Positions 26,170-38,170 of a DNA stretch of 64,000 nucleotides are shown here, one piece after another (the stretch's first letter is position 1; each line of letters begins with the position of its first letter). The position numbers were made by a program, and so were the translations under genes. Origin of the DNA: Lama glama (Eukaryota); contig CM052816.1 in the NCBI GenBank assembly GCA_028534125.1, positions 65,412,001-65,476,000 on the forward strand, given 5' to 3'. Under the pieces are notes generated by a model. That model was given only the letters and a program-made list of their open reading frames with translations. It was not told the DNA's origin and ran no database searches.

Positions 26170-26835
26170 TATTCACTAGAAAAATGTAATTAAAACCACA
26201 ATAGGATACTACTACATCTTCACCAGAATGGCTACAACTGAAATGACTGAAAATATCAAGTGTGGACAAAAATATAGAGTATTTACTCTCACACAGTGCT
26301 AGTAGGAGTTTAAGTTGGAAAACTGTTTGGCAGTATCTACATGTACCTATGATACATTCATCTACTTCTGGGCATCTGTCCAACAAAATGAGTGCTAATG
26401 TCTGATAAAATATATGAGCAAGAATGTTTATACCAGCTTTATTTATAATAGCCTAAACTGGAAACAATCTAAATGTCCGTCAATGGTAAAATGGATAAAT
26501 AAATTACAATATATTCAAACAGTGGAATACTTAAGAGCAGTGAAAAAGAAAAAATTACCATTACACATAATAGTAAGAACAATCCATTCAGTCATTATGC
26601 TGAATGACAGAATACAGACGCAAACTGGCATACACTGTCAGTTTGTTTATGTGAAGTTTGAGAACAGGCAAAACAAATTCATGGTGAGAAGGGTCAAAGC
26701 AATGGTTACCTCTGGGGGAAGTATTGACCGAGAAGTATTTTGATCTGGGTGCTGGTTACATATGTAAGTACGCATTAAATATTTATGGCTTTTATACTTT
26801 ATGTAAATTTAGGATATATGTCATTTAAAAAGTAA
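26170..26835 (+). mobile_element. Old L1 (L1MD/ME-like) ORF2 end and 3' UTR
   Basis: AATTAAAACCACAATAGGATAC; translation NWKQSKCPSMVKWINKLQYIQTVEY resembles the L1 ORF2 C-terminus. Confidence 0.85.
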
Positions 26836-27079
26836 ACATTTGTTAACAAGTGGCCGCCAAGACTGACAGCAATTCCCAGTGTAATCAGAGCATAGTGGGT
26901 TTTTACTACTTAAAACATGAATTTGTGAGTGTCCCCCTCTGAGGCTGTGTGGTGTGTAGCATGCAAACCCACTTGCTGCCGCCCTGACCTCTGCACTCTA
27001 CATAACCTGCAAATGCAGCTTCTATAACGTGAGTGATTTCTGTTGATTCTGTGAGATGTGTGCAGTCAACTAATAGCCA

Positions 27080-27720
27080 TAAATCTGAATTGCTGTTGAC
27101 ATTTTTACCTGAACTATAAGATTTTATGTTACCCAAATGGATTTTAATGTTGTTAAGTTTAACCTGCTCTGCCACCCTGTGAAAATTTTCTTTTTCCTTT
27201 TCTTTTTTAAAAAAAATTTCCCTTTAAAAAAAACTTTATTCTTGGTGTTTGATTTCATCACCTAGGAAGGTGATTTTCAAACTTGACTTATCAGCAGAAT
27301 CTCTAGATAAAGTTTCATGGACCTCAGCACTCTGGATTCTGATTCAGTCGTTGTGGGTTTGGGTTTGGACTTCTGTTTTAATATCTTTCGTAGAAAATTG
27401 TAATGATCCATCTGGTTTGGGAAACTACTAACCTACCACATTAGCCATCCTTCCAGCTTTGGGTAAGAGTCAGATTTGATCAACATGAAGTATGTATCTT
27501 AGAGATTATGTCTTAAAATTCTTCTAACCCTGTCTACGATGGCAGTGACTGCTCTTCAGGGTGATGTGGACTCTATCGGTTCACACCTTTTGGGAACAGT
27601 TGTCTAGCTTCTTATGAATCCACTTACCCATCCACCTAGCCCACTTTGCTCCATTATGCCTACAAGTATATTCTGAAAGATCTTGTCATATATCTTCACG
27701 AAAACCAGATACAATATGAT
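27080..27720 (-). mobile_element. CR1/L3 reverse-transcriptase region, interrupted by MER5
   Basis: Minus-strand translation YLVFVKIYDKIFQNILVGIMEQSGLGGWV resembles the CR1 RT motif YLDFSKAFDKV-H-IL--KL---GL. Confidence 0.7.
27265..27430. mobile_element. MER5B-like element nested in CR1
   Basis: TTTTCAAACTTG...ATCAGCAGAATC...GATTCTGATTCAG...GGTTTGGGAAACTACT. Confidence 0.65.
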
Positions 27721-28254
27721 ACAAATGTTCATTCCCTGACCTATTATCATAATTACCTTCTCTGGAAAGGAGATGATAGGAATTCTAGATAATCTAATTT
27801 GACTTCTGTCTGTTACTACCTGCATCATAGAGGGTTCATGATTAATTGCTTAAATAATTGATTCAAGAGTTTGCTAGGGATTAGAGCAAAAGTTACCAGT
27901 CTCTAATTTTAGAAAATTCTTATCTGTTCTATCTTTTGAAGATAAGGCTCTAAAATACTTCTGCAAGTTTCCAGTGCCTCTGCCTCTCTCTGTGACTCCT
28001 AAATCTTTCCCAAGCAGGTGGCCCTTACCACTGAAGAATGGGTAGAATGGCATTGGGTTGAACATTCCAGCAGGCAGAAATGCATAAACACTGTGTGCTT
28101 TCAGAGCGTATATATTTGGCCTTGCATATTAATAAGTGAACTGATTTTACATCAGACTGTCCCTAATGGGTTTTTTTCCTTTGTTCCTATGCTCCCACAA
28201 TCTTTAAAGTAATCCTTACAGTATTAGGTGATCTATTCTAAGAAACAGTGAATT

Positions 28255-28410
28255 TTACCAATGAAGGGGCCCTTTGTGGTCATCTGTTCCACCACCATAA
28301 TTTTCAGACAAGGAAACTGACTCCTAGAGAGTAGAGGGCCCCAGACCCGAGGACCAATAGTCAAAGATTCAGGACTAGACTCCTGGTTAAGTACTCTTTC
28401 AACTGCACAA
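28255..28410 (-). mobile_element. MIR (MIR3/MIRc-like)
   Basis: GGTCATCTGTTCCA...ATTTTCAGACAAGGAAACTGA. Confidence 0.6.
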
Positions 28411-28949
28411 AACAATTTATCTAGGATGCTGCAGCAATACTACTGTCAGACTAGGATCCAGTGAGTTTATAAATTCAGTCCTTACCTAGACCATTAATTT
28501 TGCTCAAGGAAACAATTCCATAAAATACTAATAGAGTCCTGGTCAGGCACTGAAAAATCTTACACTGACGTGTAAAAGAAGGATAAACACTCAGCACAAT
28601 CTATCTTTATTATTGGAAAAGCAATTTAAAACATATTTTACTGAGTAGTACCAGAACATTACCGATAAAGAAAGTTAATGCTTTTTCCTTTGAGAAAGCC
28701 CTCTATAATGTGTAGATATTGTCATATTAGAGAAGCTCCTGGGAAATGCTTGGTCAACTAAAATTGTTAAAAAGCTAAAATCGAACATTGACTTGGAAGC
28801 AAAGTGAAATATATCTTCCTGCTCCTGTGAATTTTAATGGTAGCCATTGATGCCCTTCTTAATTTCTCCCACAATAAAAAATAGAAGGTATTCTTGAGGG
28901 GAAAAAAGCCTTTGCCAGCTAGTGCAGGGAAATTGATGGCAACATCAGG

Positions 28950-29720
28950 CTGTTTGAGGCAAAAATATTGGAAACTTGAACACTGTTGGTGGGGGTGTAA
29001 ATTGAATCAGCCACTTGAAAGAACAATTTGGCAGTTTCTATTAAAATGAAAAATGCTGATCTCTTGTCATTTAACATTCCTACTTCCACGCATCTATTAT
29101 TTTTTTTAAATGTCTTGGAATGTGTGCCAAATGAGAAGTTTGTAAGGCTGTTCTTTATCTGTAATAGTGAACAACTGGACCCCTGAATGCCCACCAATAG
29201 GAAAATGGCTAACGCAACTGAGAACTGGCCAGATTGTGGAATACTGTGCGTCAGCTCAGCGTAATGAGGGAGAGCTTTGGTGAATGAGAAAAGCAAGTTG
29301 CTGAATAATTAGAATGGTCATTAAGTATGAGACCACACTTTTAAAAAGCCTCAGAAAACAGTACTATATGTTTCTGTAGGCACATAATTATTCATGAAAT
29401 CACATGGAGGTCTAGAATTTTGCTGTGCAGTATGGTAGCCAATAGCCACCAAAGGCTATTTAAAGTTAAATTAATAAAAATAAGTAAAAATAAAAATTCA
29501 TTTCCTCAGTTTTGCATCAGCCACATTTCAAGAACTGAATAGCCACATTTGGAACAAAGAAGTCTAGAAAGGCAAACACAAGTGATAACAGGGTTACCCG
29601 TGAGGAGGGCTAAGTTTAGAGACGATGGTCTGTAGGCACTTTAGATTTCTGGGTAGCCTTAAAACAATGTAACAACGAGAATAGATTATATATGATCTGG
29701 GTAATTTAAAAGTAATACAT
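28950..29720 (+). mobile_element. Old L1 (L1ME-like) fragment with nested MER3/MER33-like insert
   Basis: CACTGTTGGTGGGGGTGTAAATTG...ACAATTTGGCAGTTTCTATTAAAAT...AATGCCCACCAATAGGAAAATGG. Confidence 0.75.
29418..29561. mobile_element. MER3/MER33-like hAT-Charlie element
   Basis: TATGGTAGCCAATAGCCAC...GGCTATTTAAA...AGCCACATTTCAAG; 8-bp TSD GTCTAGAA at 29410-29417 and 29562-29569. Confidence 0.8.
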
Positions 29721-29979
29721 TTGTAAAGCTGATTACAATAGCAATTTGATTACCATTGCTAGGACAAGTCCTAGCAATAAAATTTCTACATTTCAAACAT
29801 TTATTCGGTAGATCAGTGTAAATTGATTTGGGCACACTGTCCTTTGAGCCTTTTAACTGTCTAAAAGCACACAGCAAATACTAAAACAAACTGCACATAC
29901 CATTTTTCCTTCCCTTAACAAGTGTCTGCTGAGCACTTAACTAGATTCTAGGCATTTAATGTATATAGATTAGGAATAT

Positions 29980-30406
29980 TGTCTGCCATATCAGTATACA
30001 AAGGATGTTGCAGCCAACAAGCCACTGCAGTCGCCAGATAGTGTACTCTGAGGGGATTCAGGAAGGAGAAAACAGCATTCTGGCCCTGATAGTTAAGGTG
30101 CATATCAAAGGAATGATTTCAATGAGCCCAGACTTTTGCATCTTCCCATATGTAGAAAAGTGCTAACTTCATTAACTTGAGATATTTGGATTTTCTTTAA
30201 TTAGCAGTAATCTTTTGATGTTCCACCTACCTAGGTTTCTTTCCCTCCCACAAAACCTGCTCTATATCTTAGCTCCTCCCTTACCTCTTCAAACTGTCCT
30301 TCAGAGCTATCAAGAGGCTGTCTCCTGGGCTAAAGTCCTCAGTATGTCCACCAAATAAAACATAATTCTCAATGTTTAGGATGTGCATTTTTTTTTTTAG
30401 TCAACA
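29980..30406 (+). mobile_element. Endogenous retrovirus solo LTR (cetartiodactyl-type)
   Basis: TGT...ACA termini, TATA-like CTATAT at ~30272, AATAAA at 30354-30359, flanks AATAT/AGTAT. Confidence 0.8.
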
Positions 30407-31117
30407 AGTATGAATATCACTAGGCACCTGCTGCTTAGGCTGAAATGTATTCGCCATGGGTGTAATAAGTGGATTTCTTTGTCATTCATGATTTTCCCTT
30501 TGTAAATGATTAAATAATTACTGGTTGGCTTTATGCAATGCTTATATAATTATAGAATATAATGGTAGTTATTAGATTAGCTAGAATGTATGCTTTTATA
30601 TTAGTGTAATACTTATACTTATTAAGGCTGAAAAAAAATAATAATTTTGGAAAAAATCATATTTGATAAACATAATTTAGCAATCATTTGAGCACTCCAA
30701 GGGCAGAATAGCTTCATTAAAAGCACCAGAAAAAATAGGATATACCTGCTTACACAATTATATGTAGTTTTACTATGGGAGTAGGTGTACTGAGTTGATG
30801 GGAGCACAGACACTTTCTCAATTAATATTTTAGGTAATGGGTTAATAGCATGGTGGTGAATCTTACTGATGAGTGTTATTGACAATGCTTCATACACAGT
30901 AAATTACACTGAAAGTCCCAGCTAACTGTGAATACGGCAAAGAATGAATCTTCTGTCTCCAGATAAACAAATGTCAGCATCCTCATTATATACATGGAAC
31001 CTAGCTGTAGTATTTGTCCAATTATATGCTTTTAGATTAATTAAATTATATCTTGTAACCAGTCTATTAGGCTTAAATAAGGTTTGCTTTTATTTTTTTT
31101 AATTTTTAAATTTTTTT

Positions 31118-31400
31118 ATGTTTACTGGTTTATTATAAAGAATATGATAAAGAATACAGATAAATAGCCAGAAGAAAAGGTACCTGCAGCGAGGTCTAGA
31201 AAGTTCCCAAGCATAGGAGCTTCTGTCTTTGTGGAACTGGGATGTGCCACCCTCCTGATACATGGCTGTGTTCATCAGCTTGGATTTTCATGTAGGCATC
31301 ATCCCATAGGCATGACTCATCACTAACTCAGTCTCCTTAGAGGATAGGGGATGGGGCTGAAAGCTTGGTCTTTCTGGTGACCAGCCCCCATCCTGAAGGT
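31118..31400 (-). mobile_element. MER21-like LTR fragment
   Basis: TTTACTGGTTTATTATAAAG...GGAGCTTCTGTC...CTTGGTCTTTCTGGTGACCAGCCCCCATCCTGAAG. Confidence 0.75.
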
Positions 31401-31750
31401 ATAGGTTTGCCTTTTAATTTCAATGAATAATATAGAAACAGGCAAAGAATTCCACACTTGCAAAAGAACTTTTTTTTTAAACTTCTATCAAGTCTTTTTT
31501 GCCTCATCTTAAAATGTGGGTCTAATATAGCAAAATTTGCTTTTAGAATTGAATCTTTTAGAATGTATGGGCTCATTGGAAAAAATGGTTTATAAAATTT
31601 ATTTTTAAAAATTCATGATTTATTAAACTGTCAGCAACAAATTTAAGCACTGCATAAACAACTGAATATAAATTTGAAATAGCACCACCTGGGTACAAAG
31701 TAATTGCCTTCATGTGCTAGACTTCAATAGCCAGGAATCTCTACTTATTC

Positions 31751-31911
31751 TAGTAGCTGGATATCCATGGAGTGATCCATGAACCAGCACTGACATCACC
31801 TGGGAGCTTTGGAAATACAAATTCTCGAGCCCCGCCCCCCTACTGAATCAGAATCTGTATTTGGCATGGTCTCCAGGTGATTCTTGGGTGCACTAAAGCT
31901 TGAAAGGCACT
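31751..31911. mobile_element. MER5A1-like element
   Basis: CATCACCTGGGAGCTT...CTACTGAATCAGAATCTG...CCAGGTGATTC. Confidence 0.8.
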
Positions 31912-34014
31912 CATGCTGCTTTCAGCTGCCTTTGTACATCTTATCACCAACAGTGCCAACTAGGCCAATATTTCTCTGGTCCCTTAGCCTGTTCATACCC
32001 TTCCAACTAGCATGCTATCTACAGGGTTGTCATTTAGATTCACAGCCCCAGCTATCTCATAGCCTCTGTCTCGAAAAGATATCTCATAGCTATCTCATAG
32101 CCTCTGCTAAAGTTATGCCTTTTACAAGGGAAGGTACACCAATGGAAGAGGAGGGCAGAATCAGCCTCAGAACAGGAGCGTGACAATTACCTTGGGTCTA
32201 ATAGAAATACCAGGCAGCACCTGGAATACTCTAGATTCTGTTGGAAGTATTCTGTTTGACTTCTGTTTAGTAGAAAAAGGAAAAGCAGCATGCCAAGAAG
32301 CAAGGGAAAGTTTATATCATCAGCTATGTTCAAGGAGGTATTTGTAGTAAGTCCAGATGAAGGTTCCTGGAGATACCCATCTCTGGACATTCTGGGAGCC
32401 TCAGGTGAATTCAGAGCCAAGCAAGTCAGCATCATATATCACATTAGCATATTAAAAGACTTTGAGATCTTATGGTAAGGAAATCTGTTTAACTATATGC
32501 AACACAGCACCATATAAATCTATATATATATAGCTATATATACATGTATTTTAATCACAAAATGCTTTTTTCACCATGTAACACCGTTAAAATTGGTCAA
32601 AACTAGTCTTTGGTGGGACACACTTCGTGCAATGTGAGTGCAGAAGTTTCTCTTATGGCCTAAAAAGTGATTTAAGCCCTGAAGTTTTAGAAAATCTGAC
32701 TGATTATGTAACAGTGAATATACCTATCTCTGTAGTTTCACCATTTTAAAAGTAAAACAATGCTTTGATTCCAAATATTAAATTGACTTAGACTTTGCTC
32801 TCCCACTCTGACTCCCAAGCTGTGACTCAGATGTCAGAACAGAATTTTCTACCTACTTAGTGAAGGAATTTTCTCACATTTCAAGGCCATAAAAATATTA
32901 GTAAGGTACCTGGCTAGTGCAGCACTCTTATTTTCCATCTTCAGTTTCTTAAACATTAAACTTATCTTTTCCATTTCTCCTTTAAAAGTGTCATCTGTGG
33001 AACATGCTGTCACTACATGCAAGTGGAAGAGACCACACTGCTTCAGGATACACCTGAAAACAGTTTTTCTTAAATGGCAATTGAGACTCACCACTGAAGA
33101 CAGAAACTGTTTTTCTTTTTTTGTTATAAAACCCGAGTAAGGTTGCAGGGCTTTTAACTAGAAAACTGAGTTCCCGTGAAAGTAGATGAACTTGTTCAAA
33201 GTGACTTAGCTAGTTAATTGCAGCACTGGGGACAAAGCTTAAGTTTCTGTGATGCCTTTTGTAAAGCCTCCCATGTGAACGACTCGGACTCACACGGTTC
33301 TTTACAGTTAGGTATGAACAGTGCCATCCTGGAAAATATGATTTGCTTGTGAGGGGTCATTGTCTAAATATGTTAAACTTTAAAAAACAAATTTCCAGCT
33401 ACAATTATAAACCTCTGAATTGTGGACTTTCAGTGAAATACACTATCTTGTCTCCTAAAAACCATATCCAAGAAATAGGATGCTTGGAACAGATGTTCTA
33501 TGTCAGGGTCAGAGTGAGGCTTTATAGTTATATTATGCTAATTACAGAAAGACTTTAAAAATCCTTTCATGGGGCTAATGGGGGTTGGGTACAGAGACTG
33601 GAAAAGAGATGAGGAAATGTGTTCCTTGGTGTTGAGTTTTGAATAGGTTACTATAGTGTTATATTCCTCTGAGCTTGGGGTACATGTTGGATTTTGTTCA
33701 CTAACATGTCTCGTACGTGGACAAAAACAGCAAAAGGTCTACCCAAGTTCTTTTGTTCATTCAATGTCTATTGTTTGCAATACAATGAACACTTTTTGGA
33801 AGTTTGGAGATCTTTTGATTACAAAGAAGTATCTGTTAGAGCCTCAAAATAGCATTCCTAATGGGCATTTATTGGGGTTTGGAAATATCTTCACTGCAAA
33901 AACTGTTGTAACAGATATTTTATAGAGATTCGGTTTGCATAAATCAAGTTACCTGAATTCATTTTGCTTAGAGTATCTGTTAATTTGCTTGACTTTTATT
34001 TTTTAATTACAAAG

Positions 34015-34240
34015 GCATCTGGCACAGTAATTACAGGCATGGACTCTGGACTTGGATTATCTGCTTTAAAATCCCAACTCTATAACCTCCTGGGTGTGTA
34101 TGATCTTAAGGAAATTATTTAATTTTGGTGCCTTAGTTTTCTCAGCTTTAAAATGAAGGTAGTAGTCCCTGCCTCATTAGAGTGATTGTGATGACCAAAT
34201 TAAGTAATGATGCAAAGTGCTTATGCTTAGGGCATTTTGT
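34015..34240 (+). mobile_element. MIR SINE
   Basis: GCATGGACTCTGGA...GTGCCTTAGTTTTCTCAGCTTTAAAATG...CCTGCCTCAT. Confidence 0.7.
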
Positions 34241-36009
34241 TTTGCACTTATATCTAGTGATGTGCAGTCATTCAGTATGCTAGGGGATAGTCTACAATAA
34301 ATATAGAAGGGTTTGGTTTTATGTCCACCAGTTGAAGGCAAAATGCCTGGCTATTCTTTCCATTGAAAGACCCAGAAATATAGGATACTATGTTAAAATT
34401 TTAGTGGCCATCAAAACCCAATGTTTTATTGAATTTGACTAAAACTTAAAGCTTCCTAGTGTTTCATTTTAGCCAAGTAATCAAGAATTCTGTTTTAGTG
34501 TGGGAAGCTTTTTTAAGTGAAAGTATCAGGAAAGAAGTAAAAATTCTTACTTAAATTGTGTTGCAGGTTTTTCTTTTCCTCAGAAATAAAATAAGCATAT
34601 TGTGTTAATGTTGCTGGTATAAGTTGTGCCCTATAAATTGTTAACTTTCCTCTCAAATGTTGACTTACTATTTCAATAGATTGATCCCTAACATTTAGCT
34701 TTAATCTAGAGGGGCAAGGAACCCATTTAACTAGATTTAGTCTAGAAACAAAACCCATTTAATCTTTTTATTAAAATGAATTGAGCTTGAAAGAACACAT
34801 TTCTCAAAATGTAGCTCTAATATAAATCAAGTAGCTGTATTTCTTTTGTTCAATAAACCCTAGATACCTTTTTTACACCGACATCCTTTTGATGATTAAT
34901 TTGGTGACCCATACTTAATTAGATGGAATGAATAATCGATTATTGTAAGAAATGTCTAATTTATTTGTGATTTCCCTACTGACCTGAATGCTCATGTGTA
35001 GTCGATGAACAAATCCTTCTAATTCTTACGTGATTAGCCCCTTTCTTTCCATTTCTACACAAATTTATATTGAAATAAAACTGTGAAAATCGTCTTCTGA
35101 ATTATCCTACTCCAAATTATAAAGCATATTGCTACCAAATTAATCTGATTTCAATCTCTGTATTATTTACCTACATTCAAAATACATACATTTTGCTGAT
35201 ATTTCCATAGGAGTCTAAAAATCCAACATCTCTCACCTCCCCAAGACTATCTATGCCCCCACCCCAACTATCTTATTATTTTCCCACATGTGCTTTCTTT
35301 CAAGGCCTAACCGAAGTCCTATTTCTTCTTTGAGTTCCTTTCCACTGGTCTAGATATATATTGGTGAGTACTCCTCTAAGACTTTGAGGCACCAATCTTT
35401 TCTATGATTAATTTGATATTTACCATTCGTTTTCTGTTGGAACAGTTGTACATATCTTCTCTTTTCAAATGATATTTTACTGTTTTTAATCTCTGCCAAC
35501 CAGCCCAGAACCTAATAAATGTTCAGTGATAATGATGATTTGAAAGCCCTGTACTACAATGCTCAGATGTGCTTTTAGATACAGGGATAATATAAGTTTA
35601 TCATCAGAATTTATAATGATATAAATTCCAAACGGAAAATAATCACAAGGAAAATACAAAATAAAATAAATGTAGAATATATTATTTCGTCAAGTGGAAA
35701 ACTACCATGGAGTTTCATGAAAATGCCTTCATATCAAGGGGGTACAGGCATATAGATGAAAAAACACTCAGGAATTCCACCTCAGGCTGCCCTCACTTGA
35801 ATACAATGCCTTTGTAAGAATTTCTTGACTTGGCAAGCTTCACAGGTTGTCACTGTTTATGTCCTGAGTGGAGCCAAGGACAGAATTCAGTGTTAACTAG
35901 ACCAAGAGCTCAGGGCATTCAGATTCTGCTGTTTTCCATGGAAATGCTCATTATTGATTTTAAATACTGAATCAGCTTTCCTTTGGGGGTGGTTTGATAT
36001 AGAGTTGAA

Positions 36010-36250
36010 GTAAGAGGCCCTGGCACTTCCTAGACAAACCTGTTTTGCATTGTTGTACAATATGACTTTGGGTAAGGTATTTTTAGCTCCTTATGTCCTC
36101 TTAAATAGTGAAGGACTTAATAGTGTCCTCTTAAATTGTAAAATATTATTAATGAAATAACACCCTAAGAGTTATTGCAAGAATTAAATGAAATAAAATG
36201 CAAAATGCAGGGCACAGAGTTGGTATCTACTAATTGTCAATGTTTGTAAG
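36010..36250 (+). mobile_element. MIR SINE
   Basis: TATGACTTTGGGTAAG...GTTATTGCAAGAATTAAATGAAATAA. Confidence 0.6.
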
Positions 36251-36274
36251 TTCCTTCCATCAGCTTCTGGCAGG

Positions 36275-36510
36275 TTTCCTTTACTGGGTGTTTACTTTGT
36301 ACCAGGCACTCTTCTATACACTTTGTATCATGAGTACTGACACATTTAATCTTTGCGGCACTCTTATGCAATAGCTATTATTATTATCATTCTATTTCAT
36401 AGATGAGAAACTAAGCCACAGACAAGGAAAGCACACAGCTAGTAAGTGTCATAGCTGGGGTTCAAAACATGCTTTTGGGTTCCACACATACCCTCTTAAC
36501 TGCTGGATGA
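36275..36510 (-). mobile_element. MIR SINE
   Basis: TTTACTGGGTGTTTACTTTGTACCAGGCACT...ATTTCATAGATGAGAAACT...ACACAGCTAGTAAGTG. Confidence 0.8.
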
Positions 36511-37077
36511 CACAGTCTCTCCCATGATCAAATCATTTCCATGGACTGCATCCTGTGGACAAGTTAAAAAGCAATCTCATTTTAACCCACTATTTACCTA
36601 ACTAAAACATGGCTGGGAGAAACATACAATGCATTCCATAGTCAAGTATAAATCAGTTTAATTTATCTATTCTTTTGAATTAGCAGTACCATTACTCCCT
36701 TTCAATTGTGGGAAATCCATCCTTTCTTGTTCTTACCTAGGCAAGGGCATCCTTTTAAATCTTGGTCCAAGAACCTGTGCAAATCCTATTTCGTATTTGT
36801 TTTGCTGCTTATAATTAATTAATTAAATAAATGTTTTCAAAGATTCTGAAGAATCTGGAAAAACACAAATTTTGAAAATCCACAAAAAGTTATCTAGGAT
36901 AACTTTTATTAAGTTAAGAGATGTTATCTGCTGTTCTAGGTGTGGGTGCCTCTATCAAAATATTTTGCCCACTTTCAACTTTCCCCTCGTTAAAACCTAA
37001 GGCCTTATTTGGCTGTCAGTTACAGTACCATGTTTTTCTGAAAAGTTTCTAGAAGCTAGTTTTAAAAAGATTTTGGT

Positions 37078-37113
37078 AAAAAAAAAAAAAGAAAGAAAAA
37101 AAAAAAAGAAAAA
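37078..37113. repeat. A-rich low-complexity tract
   Basis: Read directly from the sequence. Confidence 0.85.
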
Positions 37114-37691
37114 GCAAGCTGTGTAGTCCTCCTATTGGAAGAGTACCTCTGACCTTCTGCATCATTATAAAGAAAATTGCCAGTTTATCCAAACTTCCCC
37201 TACCTGGTTATCTTCAGAACATCACAATTTGTGCCTCCTAAGGCAGTTATTTTCAAGCATGACTTTGAAACACTGCAGGGTTTTTCATGTTATTTCAAGG
37301 AGATGACAAAGAATTCTCAAAACAAAATTAATTTTATTTTCAAAAAGCAGCATACCTGCCATAAATCATTGTGGGGGGACACAGGAGTGTAATTGTAGAT
37401 GTCAGGAAATTGAACAAATAATGATAGGTTAAGGGGACCTGTATAGAGGTAGCCAATGCTGCTTCTACAATGGAATCCTCTAATATGTGTAACAAAGCAA
37501 TGGGAGATTTGCAGAATGCCTTTGTTCAGCTTTAGTCCATGTTTAACCACAATTGTAAATGAATTTTTAATAGAATGGTGTTGTATCTTCTATTTTAGCT
37601 TAGTTGTGATCATCAACAAAGTGCCCAATCTTTCTGAACATCCACAGGACATGCCGATTATGAGAAGATTAGCTTGTAAATATTTTACTCC

Positions 37692-37797
37692 TTTTTTTTT
37701 TTTAAATAAAGGTACTGGGGATTGAACCCAGGACTTAATGCATGCTAAACATGCACTTTACAACTGAGCTATACCCACCCACCCCCCTTTTTCTTTC
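37692..37797 (-). mobile_element. Camelid tRNA-derived SINE (Vic-1-like)
   Basis: Minus strand GGGTATAGCTCAGTTGTAAAGTGCATGTTTAGCATGCATTAAGTCCTGGGTTCAATCCCCAGTACC plus A-tail; Pol III A and B boxes; flanking repeat ATTTTACTC. Confidence 0.85.
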
Positions 37798-38049
37798 TGT
37801 CTCTTTTTAAAAAATTTTACTCTTAAGCGAAGGTTACTGAATACAAGAACTAGAACCTAGAACCCTCTGAGCTCAATAAAGTTTCCAGTGTAGACTCATA
37901 TCATTCTCAGTCATATCAATCCCTTATTTGGTCACTGAGAATTACTTTTCTCTACTTTGAGCCAGACATTAAAAAATCTCCAGCTTCTAAGTTGTCCTCT
38001 GAGTCCTTGAGCCATACTTTCTCATATCAGCTGTTTTGCACTCCATCTA

Positions 38050-38170
38050 CCCTGGCTGATTATAAGCTCCTAGAGGGCAGGGACGACGTCAAGCTCATCT
38101 TTAAATATCCTAGAGCACCAATAGAGTGCCCAGCACAAAATAAATGCCCACAATTATTTGTTGGAAGAAA
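38050..38170 (+). mobile_element. L2 3' end
   Basis: GATTATAAGCTCCTAGAGGGCAGGGAC...GTGCCCAGCACA...TATTTGTTGGA. Confidence 0.75.

Noticed and set aside
37711..37790. tRNA-like sequence on the minus strand
   Set aside because: It has an A-tail, flanking repeats and decay consistent with a tRNA-derived SINE rather than a tRNA gene.
38066..38082. CTCF-like CTCCTAGAGGGCAG
   Set aside because: Part of the ordinary L2 3' consensus and has a poor 5' half.
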